DNA from: Deltaproteobacteria bacterium
GTDB lineage: Bacteria > Myxococcota > JACRCW01
Direction of reading: 5' to 3'
DNA: 34,218 nt
Assembly: GCA_016218805.1 (NCBI GenBank)
Contig: JACRCW010000122.1
Location: 1-34,218, forward strand
The translations under genes and the position numbers were made by a program. Numbering within the stretch: the first letter of the stretch is position 1; each line of letters opens with the position of its first letter. The notes under the pieces were generated by a model. It searched no databases. It saw only the letters and a program-made list of their open reading frames with translations, and was not told where the DNA came from. Positions 1 through 8,842 of the stretch are shown here, in pieces.

Positions 1-80
1 GGGCCGCCGCGCACCGGGGCCGCCGCGCACCGGGGCCGCCGCGCACCGGGGCCGCCGCGCACCGGGGCCGCCACGCACCG
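1..80. repeat. Tandem repeat, 5 copies of the 16-nt unit GGGCCGCCGCGCACCG (may continue beyond the window start)
   Basis: The single A of the unit recurs at 13, 29, 45, 61 and 77, giving period 16. The fifth copy has one G>A change at 73. There are no spacers. Confidence 0.95.
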
Positions 81-130
81 GGCCACCTGGGAGGGCGAGG
101 CTCCTGCCGAGCCCGCGTCAACGAGTTGCC

Positions 131-892
131 ATGACATCCCGCCGACTGACCGAGCAAGAAGAGACCAGCGGGACGCAGGACGCATTCCTCGAGAAGTACG
201 ACCCGGGTGCGTATCCCCGCCCCGGGGTGACGGTGGACATTGTGCTGTTCACCGTGCTGGAGCGCACGCTTCGGGTGCTGCTCATCCGGCGCAAGAAGCA
301 CCCGTTCCTGGACCACTGGGCGCTGCCGGGCGGGTTTGTGCGCGCGGATGAGAGCGGGGAAGCCGCCGCGCGCCGTGAGCTGGCTGAGGAGACGGGGGCC
401 CGGGACATCTTCCTGGAGCAGCTGTACACCTTCAGTGAGCCGGGGCGGGACCCGCGGACCTGGGTCATCTCCGTGGCGCACTACGCGCTGGTCACGGTGG
501 ACCGGCTGGACCTGCGGGCGGGGAGTGACGCGGCGGAGACGCAGTGGTTCCGCGTGCGCGATGGGAAGCACGGCGTGGAGTGCGTGCCGTTGACGGGCGG
601 ACCGGCGGTGAAGCTGGCGTTTGACCACGCCAAGATCGTTGACACAGCGGTGAACCGCATCCGCGGCAAGTTGGATTACGTACCCATTGGTTTCCAGCTG
701 TTGCCGGAGCTGTTCACGCTGACGGAGCTGCAGGAAGTCCACGAGGCCATCCTGGGAACGGACCTGGACAAGCGGAACTTCCGCTCCAAGGTGCAGCGGG
801 ACGGCCTGGTGAAGGCCACCCGGGAGATGCGCCGCGGCGCGCACCGCCCCGCGCAGCTGTTCCGTTACGCGCGGCCGCGCCAGGCCGGATAG
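131..892 (+). CDS. nrtR: Nudix-domain transcriptional regulator (NrtR family: Nudix + C-terminal winged helix)
   Basis: N-terminal YPRPGVTVDIVLF, then WALPGGFV..DESGEAAARRELAEETG (Nudix box), EQLYTFSEPGRDPR and LAFDH. The C-terminal FTLTELQEVHEAILG..LDKRNFR...HRPAQLFRY is typical of the NrtR wHTH. Confidence 0.88.
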   Translation: MTSRRLTEQEETSGTQDAFLEKYDPGAYPRPGVTVDIVLFTVLERTLRVLLIRRKKHPFLDHWALPGGFVRADESGEAAARRELAEETGARDIFLEQLYTFSEPGRDPRTWVISVAHYALVTVDRLDLRAGSDAAETQWFRVRDGKHGVECVPLTGGPAVKLAFDHAKIVDTAVNRIRGKLDYVPIGFQLLPELFTLTELQEVHEAILGTDLDKRNFRSKVQRDGLVKATREMRRGAHRPAQLFRYARPRQAG

Positions 893-2253
893 CTCCGCAC
901 CGTCCAGCCCAGTCCGGGGACGCGGCGTGGGTCGCGGCGCAGGCGGAACACGGAGCACATGAGCCCGGCCAGCAGCAGGTAGCCAAACATGTCGTACGGG
1001 ATGCGGTAGCGGCTGTCGCCGTAGAACAGCGCCATGATGGGCGTCAGCGTGGCCAACTGGAGCAGCAACCAGCGCTCCGCCCGGCGCCACCGCGCCAACA
1101 GCAGGGCCACAGGCAGCAGGAACAGCAGCGCGTGGCTGTACAGCCGGTTCATCGTGGCGGAGCCCTTGGCAAAGGGCGTGATGTTGGGCGGCCACGGTTC
1201 GGACGCGCCAAACATGTCCTCCAGGTTGGCCCACCAGCGACGGGCGTGCGCCCAGCCGTCCTGGCGGATGCACTCCCAGCCCTGCTGGAAATAGTACGCG
1301 TTGTCCCACGCCATGTTCTTGCGGTGGATGGCCTTCTTCTCCTCGCGGCCTTCGCGCTGCGCGCGCTGGATGCTCACCGGCGCGGCAAACGTGTAGTACA
1401 TCGCCACGCCCGGTTCGTGCGTCTCAATATGTACGACGTCACAGTGCCCCTGGTAGAAGTTGAATCCCGCGTTGCTGGACAACCCCACGCGGGTGCCTGC
1501 TGCGTGGCTCTGCAGCTCCATGGCCGGCAGCACCGGGAGCAGGAACGCCAGCAACAGGGGTACCGCCTCACGCACGCGGACAAACGGGAACCGCCGCGTG
1601 AGCAGCGGGAACCCGATGGTGGCGGCCCCCAGCGCGTACTGCGGGCGGATCACCGTCGCCACGCCGGCCAGCAGCCCCGCCAGGGCGTACACGGCCGCGC
1701 GCCGCCACGGGCGCGCTTCGTCCAGGTCCCGCGCGAACAACCCGACAAGCAGCGACAGCGCCATGAAGCACGTGAACGGGTTTTCGCTCATGTACAGGCC
1801 GGCGAAGATGGTGAACGGCCAATGGAACATCAGCCCGCCCACCGCCAGCGCGCCGGCCAGCGGGTGCCGGAACAGCTTCCATCCCAGCCCCGCCACCGCG
1901 TACAGCGTGACGACGGCCAGCACCCACCACAGCCACTGGTTGAGCAGCAGCCCGTCCTTTTCGTTGGCCGCCACGCGCATCAGCGGCGTCATCAGCAGGT
2001 GCGTGCCCGGCGGGTAGAACGTATCAAACCGCGTGAGCTTGATGCCGGGCGTGGCCAGGTGCACCGCGCGCTCCACGTACCCCTGCATGTCCGACCACAC
2101 GAAGTTGCGCGGCTCATTGAGGCGGAACACAAACTCCCAGCGGTTCCACGCAATCCACGGCGCCAGCAGCAGCAGCGCCACCAGGCCGCCCAGCCAGGAC
2201 GCGCCGCGCGCGCGCAGCCGGTCCCACGCGGTGTTTGTCGTCGGTGCGTCCAT
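865..2253 (-). CDS. Polytopic membrane protein, GT-C fold glycosyltransferase-like (GT39/ArnT/PMT-like)
   Basis: Many hydrophobic helices. Motifs SDMQGY after the first TM, YPPG, MSENPF, IRPQ, SNAGFNFYQG and SRYRIPY resemble bacterial GT-C proteins. It overlaps the 3' end of nrtR convergently by 28 nt. Confidence 0.65.
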   Translation of the reverse strand: MDAPTTNTAWDRLRARGASWLGGLVALLLLAPWIAWNRWEFVFRLNEPRNFVWSDMQGYVERAVHLATPGIKLTRFDTFYPPGTHLLMTPLMRVAANEKDGLLLNQWLWWVLAVVTLYAVAGLGWKLFRHPLAGALAVGGLMFHWPFTIFAGLYMSENPFTCFMALSLLVGLFARDLDEARPWRRAAVYALAGLLAGVATVIRPQYALGAATIGFPLLTRRFPFVRVREAVPLLLAFLLPVLPAMELQSHAAGTRVGLSSNAGFNFYQGHCDVVHIETHEPGVAMYYTFAAPVSIQRAQREGREEKKAIHRKNMAWDNAYYFQQGWECIRQDGWAHARRWWANLEDMFGASEPWPPNITPFAKGSATMNRLYSHALLFLLPVALLLARWRRAERWLLLQLATLTPIMALFYGDSRYRIPYDMFGYLLLAGLMCSVFRLRRDPRRVPGLGWTVRSYPAWRGRA

Positions 2254-2332
2254 CCGGCGCCGGCTTACCCACGCGCCGAACCCGGAGGCAAGCGCGTTGC
2301 CCCGGCCAATGCGGCCGGGTTACTGCGGGCCC

Positions 2333-2833
2333 ATGCGCGGCCCACTGCTCGCCCTTGTCCTGGCGCTGTCCCCCGCCCTGCTCCTGGTGGACGGTTGCGC
2401 CACCGCATCCCCCGGCGCCCGCCTCATCCGTCCTACGGTGAAACTCACGCGGGTACGCGCGGTGACGGCGGACCCCACCGGCGTGACGGTGGAGGCGGTG
2501 GTGCGGATTGACAATCCCAACGTGTTCCCGCTGTTGCTGGAACGCGTGGAATACCAGTTGGAGCTGGACCACCGCGTGACCGCGCACGGCGAGACCACCG
2601 CCAGCCTCACGGTTCCCCCGCGCGGGACGGCAGACGGGCCGGTGCGCCTGCGCGCACCGTTCCGCGAAGCGCTGGCCGCCGGGGCGGTCCTGTTGCTGAT
2701 GGGTGAGATTCCCTACACGCTGACCATGACGGCTTACCTGTCCACGCCCATCCGGCCGCTGGCCATTCCGCTGATTGAAGAAGGCAAGCTGTCCCTGCGG
2801 GACATGGTGCCGGACGAAGAGGCCCGGCCCTGA
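2333..2833 (+). CDS. LEA type 2 (WHy) domain lipoprotein
   Basis: Start reassigned to ATG 2333 (MRGPLLALVLAL...VDGC signal/lipobox-like). Motif IDNPNVFPLLLERVEYQLELD...LTVPPRG is typical of LEA_2. Confidence 0.8.
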   Translation: MRGPLLALVLALSPALLLVDGCATASPGARLIRPTVKLTRVRAVTADPTGVTVEAVVRIDNPNVFPLLLERVEYQLELDHRVTAHGETTASLTVPPRGTADGPVRLRAPFREALAAGAVLLLMGEIPYTLTMTAYLSTPIRPLAIPLIEEGKLSLRDMVPDEEARP

Positions 2834-2836
2834 GGG

Positions 2837-3004
2837 TCAGGTAGGGGGTAGGGACCGGCGCCGGAGCAGCTCGTCAAACATGCGGTCCACGTCCTGCGGG
2901 ACGTCCGTGGCTGCGTCCAGCACCCGTTCCTTCCGCTGCGCGCAGGGCTCCGTCCAGATTTGCAGACTGTTGAAAAACCGCTCTTCGGCTGCCTTGGGAT
3001 CCAT
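2837..3004 (-). CDS. Small hypothetical protein (55 aa, MDPKAAEERFFNSLQIW...)
   Basis: ATG at 3004 follows a near-perfect Shine-Dalgarno (GAGGAGGTG). The ORF fills an otherwise empty intergenic gap and has helical, non-random composition. Confidence 0.55.
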   Translation of the reverse strand: MDPKAAEERFFNSLQIWTEPCAQRKERVLDAATDVPQDVDRMFDELLRRRSLPPT

Positions 3005-3184
3005 GTGGCACCTCCTCACACCCTTTGGAGCCGCTGGGCTCCATCTGGTTCCTACTTCCCACGGCGGACGGCGGGCTCCAAGAAACCGGCCGCGGGTGGG
3101 GGCGTGTGGGCGCATGTCCTCCGTCGGCAACACGCAGAATGTCCCTTGGAGACGCAGCGATTTGCGATCTAGTCTGGACGGGCC

Positions 3185-4192
3185 GTGCGCGTGATCACCC
3201 TTGCTCTCGTCGCTGCCATCGCCCTGGGGTGCGCCACCTCGTCAGGCGCGCGGCCGGGTTCCTCCGGAGACGCCACGCTGAAAAACGTCGCGGCGCCGGC
3301 GGCGGCGCCCGCGCCCTCCCCCACCGTAAAGAAAGCCGTGCCGGCGCGCCTGCCCGTGAAGAAGGTGGGCCCGGCACGCGCGGCCAAGGGGCCGCCCGCA
3401 CTGCCGCTGGCGACGGCACTCAAGCGTTTCCAGGCGGGGCGGATGCACTTCCCGCGGCGCAAGCTCCCGGAGATGAGCATGGAGAGCGAGCGTCACTGGT
3501 ACGCCATGCTGGACCAGGTGCACGACGCACTGGCCGACGACGCGGGCGACGGGCGCGAGAACGAGGAACTGTCCCTGCTGATGCGCACGCGCATGACGCT
3601 GGAAACCGAGTTCCAGATGGACCAGCGGCGGCACCGGCAAGTGAGCCCGGAGCTCACCGCGCAGGTGAAGGAGACCCTGGCCGAGGTCGACGAGCGCGTG
3701 CGCGAGCTGCGCAGCCTGTCGACGGGATTCGCGATGGAGGACACGGGGCCGTTTGAGGGCACGGTGACGCTGCGCCATCCGGTGCAGCTGGTGAACATCA
3801 CCAGCTACTTTGGCCGCCGGCGTGACCCGATTGTCCGGCGGCAGACGCGGTTCCACGCGGGCGTGGACCTGGCCGGCTGGGAAGGCACGCTGGTGATGAG
3901 CGCGGGGCCGGGCGTGGTGGCGTACTCGGATTGGCAGGGCGGCGGCGGCAACCACGTCATCGTGGTGCATCCCAATGGGTACCGCACGCACTACAGCCAC
4001 CTGTCCAAGATCCTGGTGGAGCAGGGCACGCCCGTGGACGAGGGCACGCCCATCGGCCTGATGGGCCAGACCGGCCGCAGCACCGGCCCGCACCTGCACT
4101 TCTCGGTGTCGCGCCACGGCGGATTTGTGGACCCGCTGGAAGTGCTGGACGTGCCGCTGGGGCGTGACGGTCCCGCGGTCCCGCGTTCGTGA
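3185..4192 (+). CDS. M23 family zinc metallopeptidase, probable lipoprotein
   Basis: Signal peptide ending IALGC and a helical middle region. C-terminal ITSYFGRRRDP, HAGVDL (HxxxD), YSHLS and GQTGRSTGPHLHF (HxH). Confidence 0.92.
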   Translation: MRVITLALVAAIALGCATSSGARPGSSGDATLKNVAAPAAAPAPSPTVKKAVPARLPVKKVGPARAAKGPPALPLATALKRFQAGRMHFPRRKLPEMSMESERHWYAMLDQVHDALADDAGDGRENEELSLLMRTRMTLETEFQMDQRRHRQVSPELTAQVKETLAEVDERVRELRSLSTGFAMEDTGPFEGTVTLRHPVQLVNITSYFGRRRDPIVRRQTRFHAGVDLAGWEGTLVMSAGPGVVAYSDWQGGGGNHVIVVHPNGYRTHYSHLSKILVEQGTPVDEGTPIGLMGQTGRSTGPHLHFSVSRHGGFVDPLEVLDVPLGRDGPAVPRS

Positions 4193-4548
4193 CGGAACAC
4201 CCCTATCAACCTTGGCTGGGACGCGCCTTTGACCAGACGGCGGCGGAGCACGCGTCCGCGGCCATGGCCTTCCACCGTGACGGGCGCGAGCGCGAAGGCC
4301 TGGTCACGCGCTCCTACGAAGTGGTCCTGCCCGATCCGCTCCCCCCGCTGCGCGACTTCCTGGAGGCGTTGGGCGCAAAGTTGGAAGCGCACCTGGAGGC
4401 GCTGGGGCTGCCGCGCACCGGGCACCTGGGCGTGTTCCTCTCGGTGTTCGCCGGGGACCGGCTGTACTTTGTGGACAGCAGCGTGACGCTGGCCGTGCGG
4501 GATGACCTCAAGCGCGGTGACAAGCCGGTGGCGCTGTTGCCCGGGTGA
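4189..4548 (+). CDS. Hypothetical protein resembling the myxobacterial STAUR_1299 family
   Basis: GTGA overlap with the M23 stop codon. Motifs RAFD, SYEVVLP and GVFLSVFAGDRLYFV resemble that family as I recall it (not searched). Confidence 0.55.
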   Translation: MTEHPYQPWLGRAFDQTAAEHASAAMAFHRDGREREGLVTRSYEVVLPDPLPPLRDFLEALGAKLEAHLEALGLPRTGHLGVFLSVFAGDRLYFVDSSVTLAVRDDLKRGDKPVALLPG

Positions 4549-4592
4549 GATCGCGCTCGCGGTTGGACGGGCCGCGCTCTAGGATTCCGTTC

Positions 4593-5207
4593 ATGCGCCC
4601 CTGGTTCCTGCTGGTTGCCGCCCTGTCCGCCGCCGCACCCACCGCCTCCGCGCACGACGACGCGTGCCCGGCCGGTTCTTCGCGCGTGCGCCGCCTGCCG
4701 CGCCGCGCCGTGATGGCTCCAGCCCGCGCCGCCCCCGCGCCGGCCGGTCCCGTGCACGTGCGCGCGGACAGTTCACGGCCCCGCGCGCTGCCTGCCGTCC
4801 TGCTCGCCGGTGCGGGCGTGGCGGGTGGTGTCGTCGTCGCCACCGGGCTGGGCGTGCTGATCACCGCCGCCACCGTGGCGGTGGGCTGGCGCACGGGCAC
4901 GCTGCCCGCGCCGCCGCGCCTGGAGGCAGCCCCGCCCCGCCCCGGTCAGGTCCCGCTGTGGGTCCCGGTCACGGCCGGGTTCTTTGCCGGGCTGGCGCTG
5001 GGGATGACGCCGCCGCTGCTGGTGCTGGCCGCCAGCCACGTGGCCTTCACGTGGACGGCGGGCGTGGTGGGCACCCTGACGGGCAACTTCCTTGACCGCC
5101 GCCCGGTGGCTGAGCACGCCGTCACCCCGTGCGAGCCCTTCGCCGCGCCGCCCGCCTGCCCGTCCGTCCCGCGCTGCCCGGGCGCCTGGTCGGTGACGGT
5201 GGACTGA
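4593..5207 (+). CDS. Hypothetical secreted/membrane protein (signal peptide, Pro/Ala linker, Gly-rich TM helices)
   Basis: ATG 4593 gives an MRPWFLLVAALSAAAPTASA signal peptide, followed by two to three Gly/Ala/Val-rich hydrophobic segments. Confidence 0.55.
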   Translation: MRPWFLLVAALSAAAPTASAHDDACPAGSSRVRRLPRRAVMAPARAAPAPAGPVHVRADSSRPRALPAVLLAGAGVAGGVVVATGLGVLITAATVAVGWRTGTLPAPPRLEAAPPRPGQVPLWVPVTAGFFAGLALGMTPPLLVLAASHVAFTWTAGVVGTLTGNFLDRRPVAEHAVTPCEPFAAPPACPSVPRCPGAWSVTVD

Positions 5208-5306
5208 AACCCCGCGTTCCCGACGGGGATCTACGACAAAAGGCGGATGCCTGCGCCGGTGGCGCCGCCTAGCCTCCGCCCACCCTTTTTCTCGTCGGTG
5301 GCCCTC

Positions 5307-8300
5307 ATGCGACGTCTTTCTTCCGCGCTGGTCCTGCCCCTGCTTCCCCTCGTGTTCGCCCGGTGTAACTGCACCGAGGAGCTGACCGAACTCCCCAAGC
5401 CGGAAATCGAAGTCCGCGACCCCATGTCCAGCGCGACCAACGACGACCCGCGCGACGGCAGCGACGGCAACACGCCGCTGGTGATTGGCTTTGGCGTGGG
5501 CGAGGTGGGCACGCGCAGCGCGCGCACCGTGGAGGTGGCCAACAAGGGCACCGACGTGCTGAAGGTGGAGAACGTGTCCTTTGCGCCCGCGGACCCGGCC
5601 GACCCGATCTGCCCGGTGCCGTCCTCCGCCATCAGCTTTGCGTCCGCCAACGAGCAGCGCCCCGTGGAGGTGGCCAAGGACGGCGGCACGCACACGCTGT
5701 CCCTGGCCTTCCAGGTGACCGGCGGCAGCCACTGCCGCATCCTGCTCATCCGCTCCAATGACGAGGACGAAGGCACCGTGAAGGTCTACTTCACCGCCTC
5801 CGGCCAGGGCCCGCGGCTGTGCGCCGTGCCGGACACCGGTGGCATCGTGGACTTCGGGACCACCAAGCCGGGCGTGGGCAAGCAGCGCACGCAGCGGATT
5901 GAGAGCTGCGGCACGCGCGGCGTCACCGTGTCGTCGCTGACCGTCCAGGATTCGCTGACCCCGGCGTTCCACATTGTGTCGCCGGCCGCGCCCCCCTCAG
6001 GCGAGCTGCCGCCGTGCACGGGCAACAACGCCACCTCCTGCGGGTTTGACGTGGTCATGGAGTTCAACCCGCCGCTGGGCGGGCTGTTCCAGGGCACACT
6101 GAACGTCACCACCACGGCCGCCACCGGTGAGACCGTCTACCCCTTCCAGCTCACCGGCAAGGGCGCCGAGTGCAACCTGCAGGTGGTCCCGAGCCTGGTG
6201 CAGTTTGGCGCCGTGGCGGCCAACCAGAGCGCCACCCAGACGGTGCAGCTGCGCAACCTGGGCGTGTGTCACTGCACGGTGGACCAGCTCACGGCCATCA
6301 CGCCCGCGGACGTGGGCTTCTCCTACGTGAGCCCGCCCACCGCGCCGTTCACGCTGCCGGGTACGGACGGGTGTGACGGTGACGCCGCGCCCACGGCGGG
6401 GATGACCTCCATTGTGGTCCTGCAGCTCAAGTATGAACCCGGCAACCGCGCCAACGCCTCGTCCGACAACGCGGCGTTCCACGTCATGAGCGCCTCCAAC
6501 ACCACTGCCACGGACCAGGAGGTGCGCCTGGAGGCCACCGGTGGCGGCACGCCACGCTGCGAGCTGGCCGTGGACCCGGTGCTGCCGCCCACGGCCACCA
6601 GCTCCAACCCGTTTGGCCTTTCCGAGGACCAGACCACCTACCAGCGCTACGGCTTGATCCGCTTTGGCAACACCACACGCAACATCACCAAGCGCATGCC
6701 CATCACGCTGACCAACCGCGGCAACGCCAACTGCGCGGTGAGCGGGTGGCAGTGGCAGACCGCGGACACGCCGTCCCACGGGTTTGGCATGGAGGATCCC
6801 TCCGGCAACCCGCTCACGCCGGGCAACCCGGGCATCACCATCACGCCGGGCAGCACCGTGGTCATCAAGGCCACCTACACGCCGGCGGAGCCCAATGAGA
6901 AGTGGCTGGGCGCCGCGGAGCTGGACCTGCAGGCGCGCCTGCTGCACTGCGGGTTCGGGTTCCCGCCCCCCACGTGCGACGGCAACGGCGTGAAGCTGGT
7001 CACCAACGCGGAGAACATTGACACCACCGCCATTGGCGGCGGGCCGGGCGTGCTGTCGTTCGGGTTCAATGGCGCGTCGGTGGCGCCGGCCATTGACATC
7101 ATTCCGCAGGAACTGGACTTTGGTGTCATCACGCTGGGCTGTGGCAGCGAAGAGCGCGACGTCAAGATCTACAACACGGGCAACGCGGACCTGGTGATTG
7201 CGCAGTTCAGCATCAGCCCCGTGGCCAACCCGGTGGAGTTCCGCATCACGGCGCAGCCGCCCGTGCCGGCCACCATCACGCCGGGCAACAACATCCGCGT
7301 GAAGGTCCGCTTCTACCCGCGGCACACCGGCCAGCACGCCGCCAACCTGGTCATCACCACGGATGAGGGAAACAGCAGCTACGGCGAATACACCGTGCCG
7401 CTGCGCGGCGAGGGCACCACGGAGAGCCACGTGGAGGACGTGTTCCGCCAGCTCACGGAACCGCTGGTGGACGTGCTGTGGGTGGTGGATGACTCGGGCT
7501 CCATGAGTGACGAGCAGACCGCGCTGGGCACCAACTTCCCCGCGTTCTTCAACCAGACCTCCATCAACAACGTGGACTACCACATTGCGGTGACCACCAC
7601 GCTGACGTCGTCAGACGCGTGCATCCCGGACCTGACCAACCCCAACGCGCCCTGCTTTGCGGAACCGGACACGGAGGCCGGCTACTACACGGCGTGTCCG
7701 GGGAATGATCACTACCTGTCCCGCACCAGCAGCAACCCGCAGGGCCAGTTCGCGTGCAACGTGGAGGTGGCGGACAGCAGCAACGTCACGCCGTCACGCG
7801 CGCACTCGGACTCCGCGGAGGCGGGGCTGCAGGCGGCCAAGCTGTTCCTCAGCCAGCCCAACAGCACCACCACCAACGCGGGCTTTCTGCGGGAGGACGC
7901 CAAGCTGTACGTCATCATGATCTCTGACGAGGAGGACCAGTCCGCCGGGCCGGTGGACCTGTACGTGGACTTCTTCCAGAACCTCAAAGGTTTCCGGAAC
8001 CGCAGCCTGGTGTCCGTCTCCGCCATTGCCGGCCACGTTCCCGGCGGCTGCGGCGAGGCGGCAGAAGCGGGCACGCGCTACAAGGACGCGGTGGATGCCA
8101 TTGCCAACGGGCTGTTCCTGGACATCTGCGAGAATGACTGGGGTAACTACCTCACGCAGTTGGCGTTTGATTCGTTTGGGCTCAAGACGCAGTTCTTCCT
8201 CAGCCGCAACGCGGACCCCGCGCAGTTGACCGTGTGCATTGCGCAGGATGACCCCGTGGTCACGCCCAGCACGGCGTGCGCGCCCGTCGCCGCGGCCCCG

Positions 8301-8432
8301 GAGGGGAGCGCCACCGGCTACTTCTACGAGGCGTCCACCAACTCCATTGTGTTCAACAGCGGCTCGGTCCCGCAGCGCGGCCAGTACATCAAGGTCACCT
8401 ACGAGGCGGCCTGTTTCCCGCTGCAGCCGTGA
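5307..8432 (+). CDS. Large surface lipoprotein with ~5 choice-of-anchor-D/ASH (Ig-like) domains and a C-terminal vWA domain
   Basis: Preferred start 5307 (MRRLSSALVLPLLPLVFARCNC; alternative 5247). Five repeats of F-G-x(10-14)-[VIL]-x-[NS]-x-G, e.g. DFGVITLGCGSEERDVKIYNTG. vWA MIDAS motif DVLWVVDDSGSM and FLREDAKLYVIMISDEED. Cys-rich with strong GC3 codon bias. Confidence 0.85.
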   Translation: MRRLSSALVLPLLPLVFARCNCTEELTELPKPEIEVRDPMSSATNDDPRDGSDGNTPLVIGFGVGEVGTRSARTVEVANKGTDVLKVENVSFAPADPADPICPVPSSAISFASANEQRPVEVAKDGGTHTLSLAFQVTGGSHCRILLIRSNDEDEGTVKVYFTASGQGPRLCAVPDTGGIVDFGTTKPGVGKQRTQRIESCGTRGVTVSSLTVQDSLTPAFHIVSPAAPPSGELPPCTGNNATSCGFDVVMEFNPPLGGLFQGTLNVTTTAATGETVYPFQLTGKGAECNLQVVPSLVQFGAVAANQSATQTVQLRNLGVCHCTVDQLTAITPADVGFSYVSPPTAPFTLPGTDGCDGDAAPTAGMTSIVVLQLKYEPGNRANASSDNAAFHVMSASNTTATDQEVRLEATGGGTPRCELAVDPVLPPTATSSNPFGLSEDQTTYQRYGLIRFGNTTRNITKRMPITLTNRGNANCAVSGWQWQTADTPSHGFGMEDPSGNPLTPGNPGITITPGSTVVIKATYTPAEPNEKWLGAAELDLQARLLHCGFGFPPPTCDGNGVKLVTNAENIDTTAIGGGPGVLSFGFNGASVAPAIDIIPQELDFGVITLGCGSEERDVKIYNTGNADLVIAQFSISPVANPVEFRITAQPPVPATITPGNNIRVKVRFYPRHTGQHAANLVITTDEGNSSYGEYTVPLRGEGTTESHVEDVFRQLTEPLVDVLWVVDDSGSMSDEQTALGTNFPAFFNQTSINNVDYHIAVTTTLTSSDACIPDLTNPNAPCFAEPDTEAGYYTACPGNDHYLSRTSSNPQGQFACNVEVADSSNVTPSRAHSDSAEAGLQAAKLFLSQPNSTTTNAGFLREDAKLYVIMISDEEDQSAGPVDLYVDFFQNLKGFRNRSLVSVSAIAGHVPGGCGEAAEAGTRYKDAVDAIANGLFLDICENDWGNYLTQLAFDSFGLKTQFFLSRNADPAQLTVCIAQDDPVVTPSTACAPVAAAPEGSATGYFYEASTNSIVFNSGSVPQRGQYIKVTYEAACFPLQP

Positions 8433-8540
8433 AGCGCCACTGACGCACGGGCGATTGCTTGCCGCGCCTCCGGGGGGGGGCCGGCGAAGCGCTGCCCTGC
8501 GTGAGAGTCACGCGTGCGGCGGGCCGTTCCCCGCCACCGC

Positions 8541-8576
8541 AAGAAAGAGAAAGGCCCCGCATTGCTGCGAGGCCTT
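8541..8576 (-). terminator. Rho-independent terminator after tRNA-Arg
   Basis: The minus strand reads AAGGCCTCGCA-GCAA-TGCGGGGCCTT (11-bp stem with one G-U pair, GNRA loop) followed by TCTCTTTCTT. Confidence 0.85.
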
Positions 8577-8579
8577 CAG

Positions 8580-8653
8580 CGCTCCCGGAGCGATTCGAAC
8601 GCCCGACCCTTGGATTCGTAGTCCAATGCTCTATCCAACTGAGCTACGGGAGC
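8580..8653 (-). tRNA. tRNA-Arg(ACG), CCA not encoded
   Basis: GCTCCCGTAGCTCAGTTGGATAGAGCATTGGACTACGAATCCAAGGGTCGGGCGTTCGAATCGCTCCGGGAGCG: 7-bp acceptor stem, D arm, anticodon loop CT-ACG-AA, and TTCGAAT T loop. Confidence 0.97.
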
Positions 8654-8676
8654 GTGTCCTTCCAAGTGGGGCGCGC

Positions 8677-8706
8677 AACCTAAAATCCCGCGCCCCCGTG
8701 TGTCAA
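8677..8706 (-). promoter_or_regulatory. Sigma70-type promoter for tRNA-Arg
   Basis: TTGACA (8706-8701), 18-nt spacer, TAGGTT (8682-8677), then a GC-rich discriminator GCGCGC. Confidence 0.75.
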
Positions 8707-8735
8707 TCCCAATCCGTCATGACGACGGAAAAACC

Positions 8736-8829
8736 TGGCGGAGAGAGAGGGATTCGAACCCTCGATACGCGTTTTCACACGTATAACGGTTTAGCAAACC
8801 GCCGCCTTCAGCCTCTCGGCCATCTCTCC
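8736..8829 (-). tRNA. tRNA-Ser(GCT), long variable arm, encoded CCA
   Basis: GGAGAGATGGCCGAGAGGCTGAAGGCGGCGGTTTGCTAAACCGTTATACGTGTGAAAACGCGTATCGAGGGTTCGAATCCCTCTCTCTCCGCCA. Confidence 0.97.
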
Positions 8830-8842
8830 GTGCGGGGTGGTC

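Noticed and set aside
1..80. Possible CRISPR array
   Set aside because: The units are contiguous 16-mers with no unique spacers, and there are no cas genes in the window.
5997..7583. 528-aa minus-strand ORF (also 4773-5972)
   Set aside because: Antisense shadow of the well-supported Ig/vWA lipoprotein, typical of high-GC DNA, with no motifs.
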